Shown one piece after another: positions 20,701 to 27,993 of a stretch of 64,000 bases of DNA (its first letter is position 1; each line of letters begins with the position of its first letter). The position numbers were made by a program, and so were the translations under genes. Under the pieces are notes generated by a model, which had not been told where the DNA came from, searched no databases, and saw nothing but the letters and a program-made list of their open reading frames with translations. The DNA is from a virus. The DNA lies in the IMG/VR virus record IMGVR_UViG_3300022690_000671, positions 15,948 to 79,947 of that record. One strand, written 5' to 3'.

Positions 20701-21760
20701 TATTTCCCACCATACTATTAATACACTTATTGACGAACGGGCTCTTGGTTATGCTTTAGATGACACTCAACCCAACTCAAAAGCAGCTAAATATTCTCGC
20801 AAGTTAATTAGAGGATTTTATAAAATTAATTTAGTTGCTCCAATTACAGAACTTCAGAGAGTAATGTCGGCTGTAGCTGCTCAAAGACATATTACCAGAT
20901 TATTTCGTAAACCGCGCAGTAAACTAACTACCAGAGAATTGGATTTACTCGAAATCCTTAATCTTAAAAATGATTTTGATCGTCTCCGAGAAGTCTGGCG
21001 CTCAAATAAAGCAAATTTGTTCAGAATTCGCGAACGTGAAAGTCAAGAAGATTTCGAGACGTTTCAAACAGCCATTTATCGTGCAGTTAATCAGGCAATA
21101 ACGAAACCCAACGCAGCAACTAAACCTGTCTGGGGTAATAGTCTTGATCCCATTCTTCAGGCAGTATATTCTTTGAAAAGTTTCTCTGATGGTTTTAGAG
21201 AAGGTGCCTTTGCTTTTTGGCTTGACCGTATGAGAAATGGAGATTGGCCCGAAAAATTCTCTATGATGGTGAGATTTTTAAATTTATTATTTGTTTCTTG
21301 GCTCACTGAATCGATCATTCGACCTGGAGTAAAAGTAATACTTGGTGCAGATGCTCAAGAACTAAAAGAAAGGGAAGAAAGAACAGGAAGACTTCTCAAC
21401 GCAATTGCTGTAATAGATAAGACAGGATTTACAGTACAAGGCAGTAACTTTCTTGGTGCATTTTATGCCTCTAAATATGGACGATCTCCTGAATCAGGTG
21501 TCGTAGGGCCTGGAGTAACTGCTGTGTCAGATGTTGCCAAAGGATTTTACGTTTCGCTTGATAGAGGCGACCCTGCTTTTTTATGGAATGCTTTGTACAA
21601 TAGCTACGTTCCAGGAGCAAAACTTCCATTCCTCAAAGATTTGGCAACCATCGAACCGGGCAAGTTTAAAGTTGATGTTCCGGCCCTACTTGGTATCGAA
21701 AAGGAATCTACTGGAGGTGGTCGACGCCGTAGTAGAACACGTCGTAGTAAAGAACGTTAA
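11708..21760 (+). CDS. Giant polyvalent internal virion/DNA-ejection protein with GNAT and class I SAM-methyltransferase-fold (CmoA-like) domains
   Basis: 3350 aa with Gly/Ala-rich hydrophobic segments near the N-terminus. GNAT motif A (FRGRGFGSQLLDEAF, ~15900). MTase motifs FDTHISTSIPGF, VLDIGAGE, GIDSSAAM, FQFI, LEK, IWSSGNF (~16550-17260). Confidence 0.75.
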   Translation: MENQELLDLLQAIIDRQPEGPADIARPQDEAAAPEPLEILPQPGVSTAEQLAAAPEPLEILPQPGVSTAEQLAAATTQEEADILERRVSEERFQETASLQDFLRRKSEGPLTRVTGPREVQEEDNPVVALLGAIDKRTQEDEGFFNDLLSGLSEGSRIVVSDAARNFGFQDFANRLEETAPRERTTTPAAAIGRAIVGGTKFFIEGGLSLALGPVLGGSSLEEQFGFDPGEQRDILDEIRQVKTRPDDFTEEQVTDLVNRRDAALRNTQIFEARQILSELTPEGTGIDDFLEGFERSKFTILANVAAAFGDIDDFETANRLREIASTEQFDAQSAYATAGEIGAQSIPSAAALLIGGPVAAGLMGAFYFTQGLGSGRTVYRDIKEKTGEEVKFIEEMTLGIGFGLAEMLTERFGLKVLENISTKLAFELGEKALLTQIRKGTLTQAQIVAMSKWTVATMGAEAYEEAVNSVAQTTMISMFDPETGVMDQGLWDFTKDLTEDALISAAGGALGGGFVGPAARFRGRQNIRNARRELNEASDDELFNVLQDENVNEGIRGVAEEIFNSRLAGQAPTVDGARLPTPQMTPEFREEFTAAANEASSADLQRGLLDGRFTGEQTDIIIGILEQKPSEEAPVRFGPERVREQRRRFAETLEEAERLGQPVEELEPRVGIRTQVPGTERIVRPGAVLEGAIDIEAARQGAEIVDAEEAVVNQENAIQIFNSFIDATNLVEEEKTRFKNAIILADVAGRRGTEEELRSRGILSGDPGSPVITIGDQTYEGDTAKEMLGTFRIGAVTVGSKDQLRNIFLLANVDETDVRDEIFHAFMDFAPGEVKRDAINAFNEEFDTTFKTYSEGRERMAREFANHLGGIRRTERGGFLRGLFDTHNRAWRQTINPFKRGDVAEQVQTGAFTDLLLKIGRGEVADLVQPGIVEEIVEEAAEPQEAEIRQVINEDSDRRADVLREIEEEGRPFGIGEVAFQALARGEPTATFFAEPGVVEGEEAIEGEAAVTLTREQFLERLTNEENIRRLAQNQANLEQRTITVQIDPGAAPEIFTPTKLRVPRPGPVTEAERQETLAEERIARTRQQQLQRVEEAATVATEDPLTALREAIANQDVNRIAEIVDINPDAFETADRQSLIEEAEEQGPGVAAFVESQLAFPTEAVEREPTQLRVPVTPQVDVQEEAVRAESAQRVSERNKLETQRTELINQFNASEQSVQDALAAFDEKFPTSTSAQILQTKTSLEQGEIPAPLTRVNRNNTTLVAVRDAIQRLNDVNDQLEQVETTIGDVEGRMTGLELAVSPEGTTPEERDEIAAIQALRLDENQEVSLIRQVLGRQFVTDKVSSKSVVDTENGTFRIDLYQDFRNPGQSIAFVEGTIVEDGDDPHMQITSRGTERGFRGRGFGSQLLDEAFQEATFRNIPLRSDNNVSAAAVRTFRRFGEQSNVDLVQSDNTTELPDGSFFLAGDNPNYVFQLTVSSDDPLPPDFFGEDTPLVENVEEAEEQFNEATATPDEDTTLETEENVVRLRMEDELRKTSVDLQGPIPSVVRRDDPKEGQEDTIPDGVQSSEEFAQFFADTVRAEDGGAQNVEDPLNASVMDTEEHESIYETYESFQGNFDTHISTSIPGFVDAQVRVVDALSKILEEGSEVLDIGAGENTFLKTLQVTSRANDRRIEGLGIDSSAAMRDAAKKRRVRGIRFRLSAWGESFVDPDTGRRVKVFEADDGTYDLVYEGMTFQFISDDRSGQLDEVVRIMKDDGLFVTLEKFNQQNEDTYFQQEKAKDAFKLLFYEQSDIDTKKKTVLGNAASREGMRSNMVDQTTFENLLLDRFEHVAQIWSSGNFSGYIATNDRAKFDAFISNLSSTNSDFAVKQTPHLISDSPAQRDGLNTAQRTQEQEVETTLQGTPVVAQWTKQETGRYTHEIDGSVWEIKLEEGDWNTTRDGVSVLDPTRTLREAKTLVSEAINLTRNDALQDDGDLIQFNPLSLPDNVVVIDTNTDLSRGHIGINDSDEYFADHMGHVFRSPIGNSVDEITHYRRGAILVGKVEDAKVGQLLDENNVEPGDIDDIDLLGHEVWSSLVEQQGDTPEPLAIDPLEITELALRGQRSFLLDLGGELRGQFQSPGLKKALQALERNERPQEIRSIAEGNEELEDFNRRLKDYAALWDQREAILNPITPLRDSQGNPDWVTAEILMLDDDINEISIDDDNTVVGFVENENSETLFYRRNLADQWESVEEITEEEHGKALEVAEKRLMTMRNEGTVFTINGQVVADLKVQSASKKRKTAETAAIKAGEKYKGKAEAALRAKAELALSIVPDAMTPSGGPALRTFVRLVNDYRTDVESYLRAEDAYHEANIGLEENPEDEINDNGRGFRSFRKDIEAYFSGKGIAIFDGKDPSDLANRSLQKMIHQESMARVRLEENTTAPELDEEIQRQISDGVVRGLSLTEILNELPKQNPQSVENLYNVLASSIIGVDEDIDFEDPHLDINDIVSYSMSSPSPRVRESRARRVISWFKPSTPNIHRRNVISTSFRRLTYQAAKYPGAVMNIARKVYASPEKRLRVGGVPRTLFEAREFEEEKWFTKYLDIQEDADRWMKNNVPIGNREKAWGRIGALQRQPSLATATDRDQALLGFANQLHNLMEKFGKYLSDEKNDDFNLLSEAQLIQFDPVKGTRYFPRTWNAMEMERRESQWKEILRRQSLPIFRKRIEEKRKELNAELLEAEADLQKAIDKDSDSRASKRGRDLVDIVKNNLQSLDGTLDEFIDQIFNKITKGDTFAYDKWLFSDKSRLIREMLDTFPNAPRGIHAKQRKLWWINENEFAQANFLADDPRDALPTYLRNFIRQREYIRRFGRSNQELEITAKEMEIIGKAKGYDSKTIKSDIEEFKRIMEGLAGVLHIENIARYHGADKVIRLSHTLSVMSALTFTGVTSFIETAAIPLRFGFEAAALGLTALPGFAKEKMGVPVRAFMKGIGIMVPKHFGRSQIMEMGRMVAVISHHTINTLIDERALGYALDDTQPNSKAAKYSRKLIRGFYKINLVAPITELQRVMSAVAAQRHITRLFRKPRSKLTTRELDLLEILNLKNDFDRLREVWRSNKANLFRIRERESQEDFETFQTAIYRAVNQAITKPNAATKPVWGNSLDPILQAVYSLKSFSDGFREGAFAFWLDRMRNGDWPEKFSMMVRFLNLLFVSWLTESIIRPGVKVILGADAQELKEREERTGRLLNAIAVIDKTGFTVQGSNFLGAFYASKYGRSPESGVVGPGVTAVSDVAKGFYVSLDRGDPAFLWNALYNSYVPGAKLPFLKDLATIEPGKFKVDVPALLGIEKESTGGGRRRSRTRRSKER
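11798..11931 (+). repeat. Perfect in-frame 63-bp tandem repeat (2.1 copies; AAAPEPLEILPQPGVSTAEQL)
   Basis: Identical units at 11798-11860 and 11861-11923. Confidence 0.95.
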
Positions 21761-21768
21761 CAAGTTGA

Positions 21769-21987
21769 TTAGTTTCTAAGAACTGTTCTACATACGCATT
21801 GCTCAGATAATATATACACTTCTCCTCGACACAATAATTCAAGCTTTCCGTTTTCGTACCTATGAATCACTTTGTATAAAGGGCTTCCTGAATTGAGCCG
21901 TACTATGTCGCCTTTCTGTTTTGGCCCTGGATCTGGAGCCTTTTTTACCAACTGCAAATCCTCTGTATGAAAATTGTCGTTATTCAT
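21769..21987 (-). CDS. Small YodC/DUF2158-like protein
   Basis: GDIVRLNSGSPLYKV resembles the GD.V.LKSGGP.M.V signature. Confidence 0.5.
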   Translation of the reverse strand: MNNDNFHTEDLQLVKKAPDPGPKQKGDIVRLNSGSPLYKVIHRYENGKLELLCRGEVYILSEQCVCRTVLRN

Positions 21988-22272
21988 AATTTCTATAGAG
22001 AAGCCCCGGCAACACGCTTAGTCATCGGGGTTTCCATGTCTCCGGCCTTTACAGTTTAGATAATTATTGACACAATCAAGCCTGAATCACTTATTTTCGT
22101 TACTGAGAAGCAAAACTATCAGCTTTCTGAATTGACGCCTGAAGGAATCGGAATACATGATTTGCTTGAGTGCCAATTGCTTATCGGTCATTTGGGACAG
22201 ATTGGTTTTTGGTGTCGTGTTCGTGATTTTTTTACCTCGGTTGATGGATTCTTTTGTTTTACAGATATCTAA

Positions 22273-22761
22273 TTATTTACCCTCCAAATCTGGGAAATGA
22301 AACGCCTTCCCTTCAAGTGTATTAACGACAATGTATCCTACCTTCTTTCCCTCTTCCATCAAAGGCTCGATAGGGTAAAAAACGTTGGGATTCACGAAAC
22401 CATGTTGTTCTTGTCCGTAGGGAACGAAATTGTGATATCCTCCATAGGATTCATAACCGTCTTCCTTGTACGTGAGACGAATCCAGGGGGCTTTCGCGAG
22501 TACGGCGTACGGAAACGTAAGGTCAGTGTCCAGACGAGAAAGACTTTTTGATGCTTTAAGTCTGGGGCTGTAGAACTCAAGATATGTGTAGACCTTGCCC
22601 TTCTTGTCGGCAGTTCTACGTGTACGAATCTGTGCATCTGCCACGACGCGCAGTGCTATTTCGTTCAAGGCACTGACCTGCTCCATATGCTCGGACCAGT
22701 CTTCGCTTTCTATCCAATGGACTTCTGCGCCGACTCTTACTGCTGTGCGATAGCTGCTCAT
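22273..22761 (-). CDS. Hypothetical protein
   Basis: 162-aa ORF in the - strand run. Confidence 0.6.
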   Translation of the reverse strand: MSSYRTAVRVGAEVHWIESEDWSEHMEQVSALNEIALRVVADAQIRTRRTADKKGKVYTYLEFYSPRLKASKSLSRLDTDLTFPYAVLAKAPWIRLTYKEDGYESYGGYHNFVPYGQEQHGFVNPNVFYPIEPLMEEGKKVGYIVVNTLEGKAFHFPDLEGK

Positions 22762-22775
22762 GTGTTTGTATTATG

Positions 22776-23018
22776 TTAAATTTCGAAGTAGTTGTCCCAG
22801 ACAAAGTTTGGTGAAATACTATATGGCTTACTGCCATCTTCAGGATAAGCTACATAGTATCCACCATGCCAGTCGTCGACAGTCTCGGGCGATATCAACA
22901 TTTCTCCTTCCTGAGTTTCGACCGTGAAAGGTTCATTGATAAAAGCGAGAGCCACTATTGTCTTCTTTCTGTGTGAAACAAGATTTTCGGGCCTGTTGTC
23001 GAGTGTAAACGTTGCCAT
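22776..23018 (-). CDS. Hypothetical phage protein (PGDYG-like)
   Basis: FTVETQEGEM...GGYY...KPY...F...Y pattern; AGGAG RBS. Confidence 0.55.
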   Translation of the reverse strand: MATFTLDNRPENLVSHRKKTIVALAFINEPFTVETQEGEMLISPETVDDWHGGYYVAYPEDGSKPYSISPNFVWDNYFEI

Positions 23019-23078
23019 GATGTATTATCTCCTAGTTGGTGAGTGTGTTATCTATCATACGACATTCAGATAGATTTG

Positions 23079-24707
23079 TTACGTTTTCCCAGTCATTAAA
23101 TCAGCAGCAGAAGGTTCGGTCGAGATCATTCCTAGTTCCCTCCGAACATCCGTATAATCCTGTTTAAGGATCTTAGTAATAGATGCTTCGCTTACATCGT
23201 GATCTTTGGCTATTTTCTTTTTACCACCTTTCTGACGAGGAACATAGTTATCCTGGATAGAGATCTGCTCCCAAACGTTAAGTCTTGCAATCTCTAAATG
23301 TTGGTATTTGGTCAAGATCAAAATCTCGGCCTCAAACGCTTCACTATCTTCCTCTTTAATGAGACTGGGACGTATGCCTTTCCGTTCAAGGGCTTTGAAA
23401 CGATTCTTGTCGAATATAGGCCCGGTGCGTTTTTGCCACTGAGTAAGTGTGAGACAAGACTGGAAACCGATGAAATGTTCATCGAGCAACACGATCTCTT
23501 TGGCTTGAAAGGATCTACCATCTTTAGGAACACGGAGAATGATTGCGACTTCGATAGGTTCCCACGGGACTTCATCAAAGATGTCGAAGGCCACATATTT
23601 TTTTTCTTCTTCATAGGCAAAGACATATGCAGCTAATTGTAAATAGTATTCCGGCCAAATCCTTTTACTAGATTTCCAGTCTACCATTGCTAATCTACCA
23701 TCGACATAGGCTAAGAAGTCGAAGGTTCCAGAATAATTGTATTTGCGGCTATATACTTTGCGTTCTGTATGGATAGGAATAACGTCGTGATTTTTCCACC
23801 ACTTGGTAAATGCAATAATGGCAGATTCGGCCTCGTCATTGTCAGGTAATTCGGGATAAAGTGACGGATTATCCTCAGTTCCACCCAACACTGAAATTTT
23901 AACCTTGATAAATTTTTCTATCCATTCATGAACGATATGACCTATATCTCCAGCCTTTTCCAGAGTAACGTTTCTTGCCTTTTCGGCAGTTTGTAGCATT
24001 GCTTCCCATTGAACTTTATCGTAGTACAATGTAGGATCTACGTGATCGCGAAGCCAATTGGTCGTCTCTTTCACGGCCCACGGAATAAGACCCGGTTTAT
24101 TGACTATTCGAGTAATGGATGTAGTTGAGGTTACTAGCTCTCCCGTAGATTCCAATCGATACTGATGAGAATCGTCATCATATAGTAGTACAACTTCTCC
24201 ACCATATAAGACGTGTCGTTCTGCTTGATCTTTATTAAACTCAGGAATATATTCCGTCCGAGCCCACACTCTCATTTTTTCTATACCATCTATTAACCAT
24301 TCATAAGATCTACCATCAATTCGATCTCCAGAATATACATAGTAATGATCAAACGGAAGTTCCGACTCGGCCAATAGCTTCAACAACTCCTCAGTCTGTT
24401 TGACCTTGTTGAGTATTGCTATCAGAATGCTTTTCTGAAATCCTCCGGGATTGCGTCTAGATTCATTGTCGGTCATTATTCGACCAACACGTTTAGCCTC
24501 ATAGCCGTGAAGATTCATGAGTTGGTCGCGATCAGGATGAGAACTACGCAACCAGTACCAATATCCTTCTATACTACGAAAAGCACCGTCTGGACAAATG
24601 AACGGAGCGTCAGCAAAGTTCGACATCCATTGACCTATAGCAGTGTTACCTTTACTGTATATGTTGATATGATCGACGCCATCGTTCTCAGGTAAGAAGG
24701 TGCTCAT
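23079..24707 (-). CDS. Fusion of an N-terminal NADAR-like domain and a PD-(D/E)XK phage exonuclease
   Basis: N-terminal MSNFADAPF..DG.F.SIEGYW resembles T4 gp30.3-type NADAR. C-terminal STTSI, G..VHEWIE, E.KVYS..Y.YSGTFD, VDWKSS and LQLAAY are nuclease motifs. Confidence 0.75.
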   Translation of the reverse strand: MSTFLPENDGVDHINIYSKGNTAIGQWMSNFADAPFICPDGAFRSIEGYWYWLRSSHPDRDQLMNLHGYEAKRVGRIMTDNESRRNPGGFQKSILIAILNKVKQTEELLKLLAESELPFDHYYVYSGDRIDGRSYEWLIDGIEKMRVWARTEYIPEFNKDQAERHVLYGGEVVLLYDDDSHQYRLESTGELVTSTTSITRIVNKPGLIPWAVKETTNWLRDHVDPTLYYDKVQWEAMLQTAEKARNVTLEKAGDIGHIVHEWIEKFIKVKISVLGGTEDNPSLYPELPDNDEAESAIIAFTKWWKNHDVIPIHTERKVYSRKYNYSGTFDFLAYVDGRLAMVDWKSSKRIWPEYYLQLAAYVFAYEEEKKYVAFDIFDEVPWEPIEVAIILRVPKDGRSFQAKEIVLLDEHFIGFQSCLTLTQWQKRTGPIFDKNRFKALERKGIRPSLIKEEDSEAFEAEILILTKYQHLEIARLNVWEQISIQDNYVPRQKGGKKKIAKDHDVSEASITKILKQDYTDVRRELGMISTEPSAADLMTGKT

Positions 24708-25705
24708 ATCTGTAACCCCGCAAATTCTTTGAGAGAAATTGGAAACCCAGCAGAAGAGAAATGCCCCCCACCACCGAGAGATTTAGCTAATTTGCCTACG
24801 TCGTATAAAAGACCCTCCTTGCGACTACGAAGATTGAAAATTACGTTTTCGTCTCCTGTAATGAAATAGCTCATGGTAAAGGCCCACTCTGAATGAAGCG
24901 CCAAAGCGGCGTGGTGGGTTTCAGAAATGGTGTGAGAAAGATTCGCCAGTCCGTATGGGATACTATCCTTTATACGTTCTTGGGCAGTGAAAGTTGCGGC
25001 TTGTTGCTCTGCGATCATATCTCGATAGAGAATCATTGCTTTGCCTTGTTCAAACAATCTAGGATAATATGGACCAACGTAACTTATTTGATTTGGTTTT
25101 TCTTCATATAGATTTTTCAAAGCTTTAAATCCGTACTTATGAATGTACGATTCCAAAGCTATTGTGTATTCGTCAGTATAAGGCAACTCCCAATTCCATA
25201 GATCTCTATCCTCTATGTGGAGTAGAATAGGAGGAATAGGTTCAATACTTATGTTAAGAGGAACATAACCATTCCAATAGTACCAGGCCAGTGTTGCCGC
25301 ACTATGATCTGGAGCATATACCCATTTAAAATTGTTACCTTTGTCCGTTGCAGTAATAACGTAAACAGTTCCCCAATCATATTCTGATCTCGTCTTATTA
25401 CCACGCTCTACAGTATTAAAAAATTCTTTAAATGCATCGAATCCATACTGGTGATGATCGATAACTGTCACAGGAACGTGGAGATTGAAGAGTTGTTCTG
25501 GAGGGTAAACCCAGTCGAGGACCACTAATTCCTTTGTGTCATGAGGCAGTTGTGGTACAATCTTTCGTGATCCTCCCATGTGACCCGTCGAGAAAAATGC
25601 CAATTCCGTGTTCAAGTATTGTCTACACCACCACCAGGTGGCATATGCAGCGCCCACACCATCCAGGTCGTCGTCGTGTAGTATTACTACTTTGTGGTTT
25701 TTCAT
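24704..25705 (-). CDS. DHH/DHHA1 family phosphoesterase
   Basis: HDDDLDG, VLD, IDHH, EDRDLW, LRS, GGGGH..AG motifs. Confidence 0.9.
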   Translation of the reverse strand: MKNHKVVILHDDDLDGVGAAYATWWWCRQYLNTELAFFSTGHMGGSRKIVPQLPHDTKELVVLDWVYPPEQLFNLHVPVTVIDHHQYGFDAFKEFFNTVERGNKTRSEYDWGTVYVITATDKGNNFKWVYAPDHSAATLAWYYWNGYVPLNISIEPIPPILLHIEDRDLWNWELPYTDEYTIALESYIHKYGFKALKNLYEEKPNQISYVGPYYPRLFEQGKAMILYRDMIAEQQAATFTAQERIKDSIPYGLANLSHTISETHHAALALHSEWAFTMSYFITGDENVIFNLRSRKEGLLYDVGKLAKSLGGGGHFSSAGFPISLKEFAGLQI

Positions 25706-26322
25706 GATGACGTTAGCTGTTTAATTTCTTGAAATATTTCCTCAACCTTAATCCATAGACCCGACATAGTATGGTTATTGTCAATGACATAGTCCCATTT
25801 GTTAAAATCATCCAAGGCGATTTCCGAACGATGTTGATTGTCTCTTGCTGTATCAACACCTTCACCTCTAAGTCGCTCCGAGGCATCCACCTTGATCAAT
25901 ACGCCGCCCATATCTATAATCATACGAGCTTCGTTAGGAAACCGAACATCAGATATAACAACGTGCTGAATGGATGAAAGGTCGATAATTTTCCTCTTAA
26001 CGTTTAATGCCCAGATGTTCGCATGGACACGGTTACGAAAAATATCAGTTCCGATGAACTGAAGAAGCCAAGTTACTGTTACATCCCGACCAAAGACGGC
26101 AGACCAAAAAGGAAGAACATCCAACTTCCGGTCGTCAAACATGATCGCTGGATCAAGACAAAATGCAGCAGCCGTAGTTTTTTTCAAAGCCTCGGCAAAT
26201 GATAGGCTAACGAAATCTAGACCTTGTTCTCGGCCCAGTTCCACAATCATTTCGGCAACGGTATCTTTTCCGTGCCTGGCCTTATGGCCTATACCTATAA
26301 TGAGTCTTTCTGGATTAGGCAT
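25702..26322 (-). CDS. Deoxynucleoside monophosphate kinase
   Basis: GHKARHGKDT, SFAEALK, LLQFIGTD..R, ISDVRFPNE, H.SE, IDN motifs. Confidence 0.9.
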   Translation of the reverse strand: MPNPERLIIGIGHKARHGKDTVAEMIVELGREQGLDFVSLSFAEALKKTTAAAFCLDPAIMFDDRKLDVLPFWSAVFGRDVTVTWLLQFIGTDIFRNRVHANIWALNVKRKIIDLSSIQHVVISDVRFPNEARMIIDMGGVLIKVDASERLRGEGVDTARDNQHRSEIALDDFNKWDYVIDNNHTMSGLWIKVEEIFQEIKQLTSS

Positions 26323-26920
26323 ATGATACCTCCTGCATTTTCTTTTTGAGTTGTTTGAATCGTTTCATAAAGGAAAACATCGCCATCTTGGAGTCCATCG
26401 GAAAGATAGTAACATCATCATACGGAGGATGATTCGTATATTTAGAAATATCGTACCAGGGATGAAGGTCTCGACGTTCCGTGGTGTAGATGCGATAGTC
26501 TACCTCCTTCATCTCATCATGGTGTATCGTCATAGTTTCATGTATACCAAATTTTTGTTCTATGACGCGTTGCATATTAGCTGCAATTTCTTTGTAACGA
26601 GGCAATAGAGCTTTCAATGGAGACGGCAAATCTTGCATATATGCTTCATGAGCATCATGTAGCAAGAAACCCATTGCTTTCCAGGGATCTTTAAACTTTC
26701 GACTCCCTAGAACACTGTGTTGTGAGACGGAATAATGCCAACTCGTTTGACCCGTGAACCTGGCAACATTGCTAAGACCAGTGGCGATATCTTGAATACG
26801 GAACATGTCTTCTGTAGGGCTCAGATAATCGATCTTAATCCCTGAGTTGGACATGATCGATGTTTTGGCAACAACTAGATCTACTCGCTCATCTTCGATA
26901 TTCTCTAAATTGCGCTCCAT
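26315..26920 (-). CDS. HD-domain phosphohydrolase (YfdR/YfbR-like 5'-deoxynucleotidase)
   Basis: DIA.GLS..ARF.G, YSVSQHSV, LLHDAHEAY..D.PSPLK. Confidence 0.9.
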   Translation of the reverse strand: MERNLENIEDERVDLVVAKTSIMSNSGIKIDYLSPTEDMFRIQDIATGLSNVARFTGQTSWHYSVSQHSVLGSRKFKDPWKAMGFLLHDAHEAYMQDLPSPLKALLPRYKEIAANMQRVIEQKFGIHETMTIHHDEMKEVDYRIYTTERRDLHPWYDISKYTNHPPYDDVTIFPMDSKMAMFSFMKRFKQLKKKMQEVSYA

Positions 26921-26937
26921 GATATCATCAGGTATGG

Positions 26938-27399
26938 TTATGAAGGTTTGAGATTGTCAAGATCTACTCCGGGAATCCCTTGTGATAAAGCAGCTTTGGT
27001 TATTCTATTTTGTTGTTCTCGGACAAATGTTTCAACTTCGTCGACGAATTCAAGTCGAGCATTGGCCCATGCTTCGTGCCAAATCACTTCATCTAGAATA
27101 GTAAATTGTTGAGAATATACCATGAATCGTGCAATAGCATTGTATAAATCAATAAGGGTATCACGATGAACGTCAGAGACTTCTTCTACACGACCCAGAT
27201 CAGTGTCGAGACTTATCTCAAATATATCAGCAGCAACAATGGAAATCTTAGCAACACTTTGCATCAACTGTACCAGTTGGCGCTTATCTCCATAGATCTG
27301 CATGGCAATTTTGACAAGTTCAGGATAGGCCCCAACGCGATCATATTCGTCGTCTTGATTTTCTTCTTGTGGTGTCTGATTTCCCTGGTCTTCGGTCAT
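26938..27399 (-). CDS. Hypothetical protein
   Basis: 153-aa helical ORF. Confidence 0.55.
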   Translation of the reverse strand: MTEDQGNQTPQEENQDDEYDRVGAYPELVKIAMQIYGDKRQLVQLMQSVAKISIVAADIFEISLDTDLGRVEEVSDVHRDTLIDLYNAIARFMVYSQQFTILDEVIWHEAWANARLEFVDEVETFVREQQNRITKAALSQGIPGVDLDNLKPS

Positions 27400-27584
27400 G
27401 AGTTTGTAGTAGATTTAGGTTGACATTTACTCCTACGAACAAAGCTTCTAATCTTGACGGCTTCGTCTCTCATAGGTCGTATTTGATGAGTAGACCATCC
27501 TCCGTCGACAGATTCGTCGGCCCATACTTCTAATTGCTTTGCCACTTCTAATAGCTTTTCATGTGGAGTCATGATTTCTTCCAT
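27396..27584 (-). CDS. Hypothetical protein
   Basis: 62-aa ORF with a 4-bp overlap with the downstream gene. Confidence 0.5.
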   Translation of the reverse strand: MEEIMTPHEKLLEVAKQLEVWADESVDGGWSTHQIRPMRDEAVKIRSFVRRSKCQPKSTTNS

Positions 27585-27993
27585 TATGTTTCGATAGCTA
27601 TACGGTTAATTTCTGCTTGATAAGACGACATCTGTGCTCGTGCTTGTGCCGCGTACGGGTGGAGGAACGCTGTATGCGACGAGATTAATGACGAATAAGA
27701 TAATGCCGCCCGGAAAAGTTGGTCGCTCTGGTTGCGTTGTTGTTCTCCAAGCTTGTCAACGTTAACATCGACTTTATCTCTCCAAAGCTCTTCTTCGCTC
27801 CAAGGTTGATCATATTTTACGTCTATACACCAATCCTTATCTTCATCATATTTTATATACCATCCTCTAACAATTAACTATATGAACACGATGCCAAAAA
27901 CACCTCCGAAAACAACATGTATGAAAAGTAGCAACGATAAGAATATAACAGCCAATAGACTACCTATAACTTCATATGTTTTTTGGTTCAAAA

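Noticed and set aside
11708-21760. Virion RNA polymerase as in crAss-like or N4-like phages
   Set aside because: No DFDxD/NADFDGD or T7-like catalytic motifs found by eye; DEDIDFED lies in a generally acidic linker.
26938-27399. Second MazG-like protein
   Set aside because: Only a vague YG...Q resemblance; the EExxE/ExxD metal ligands are absent.
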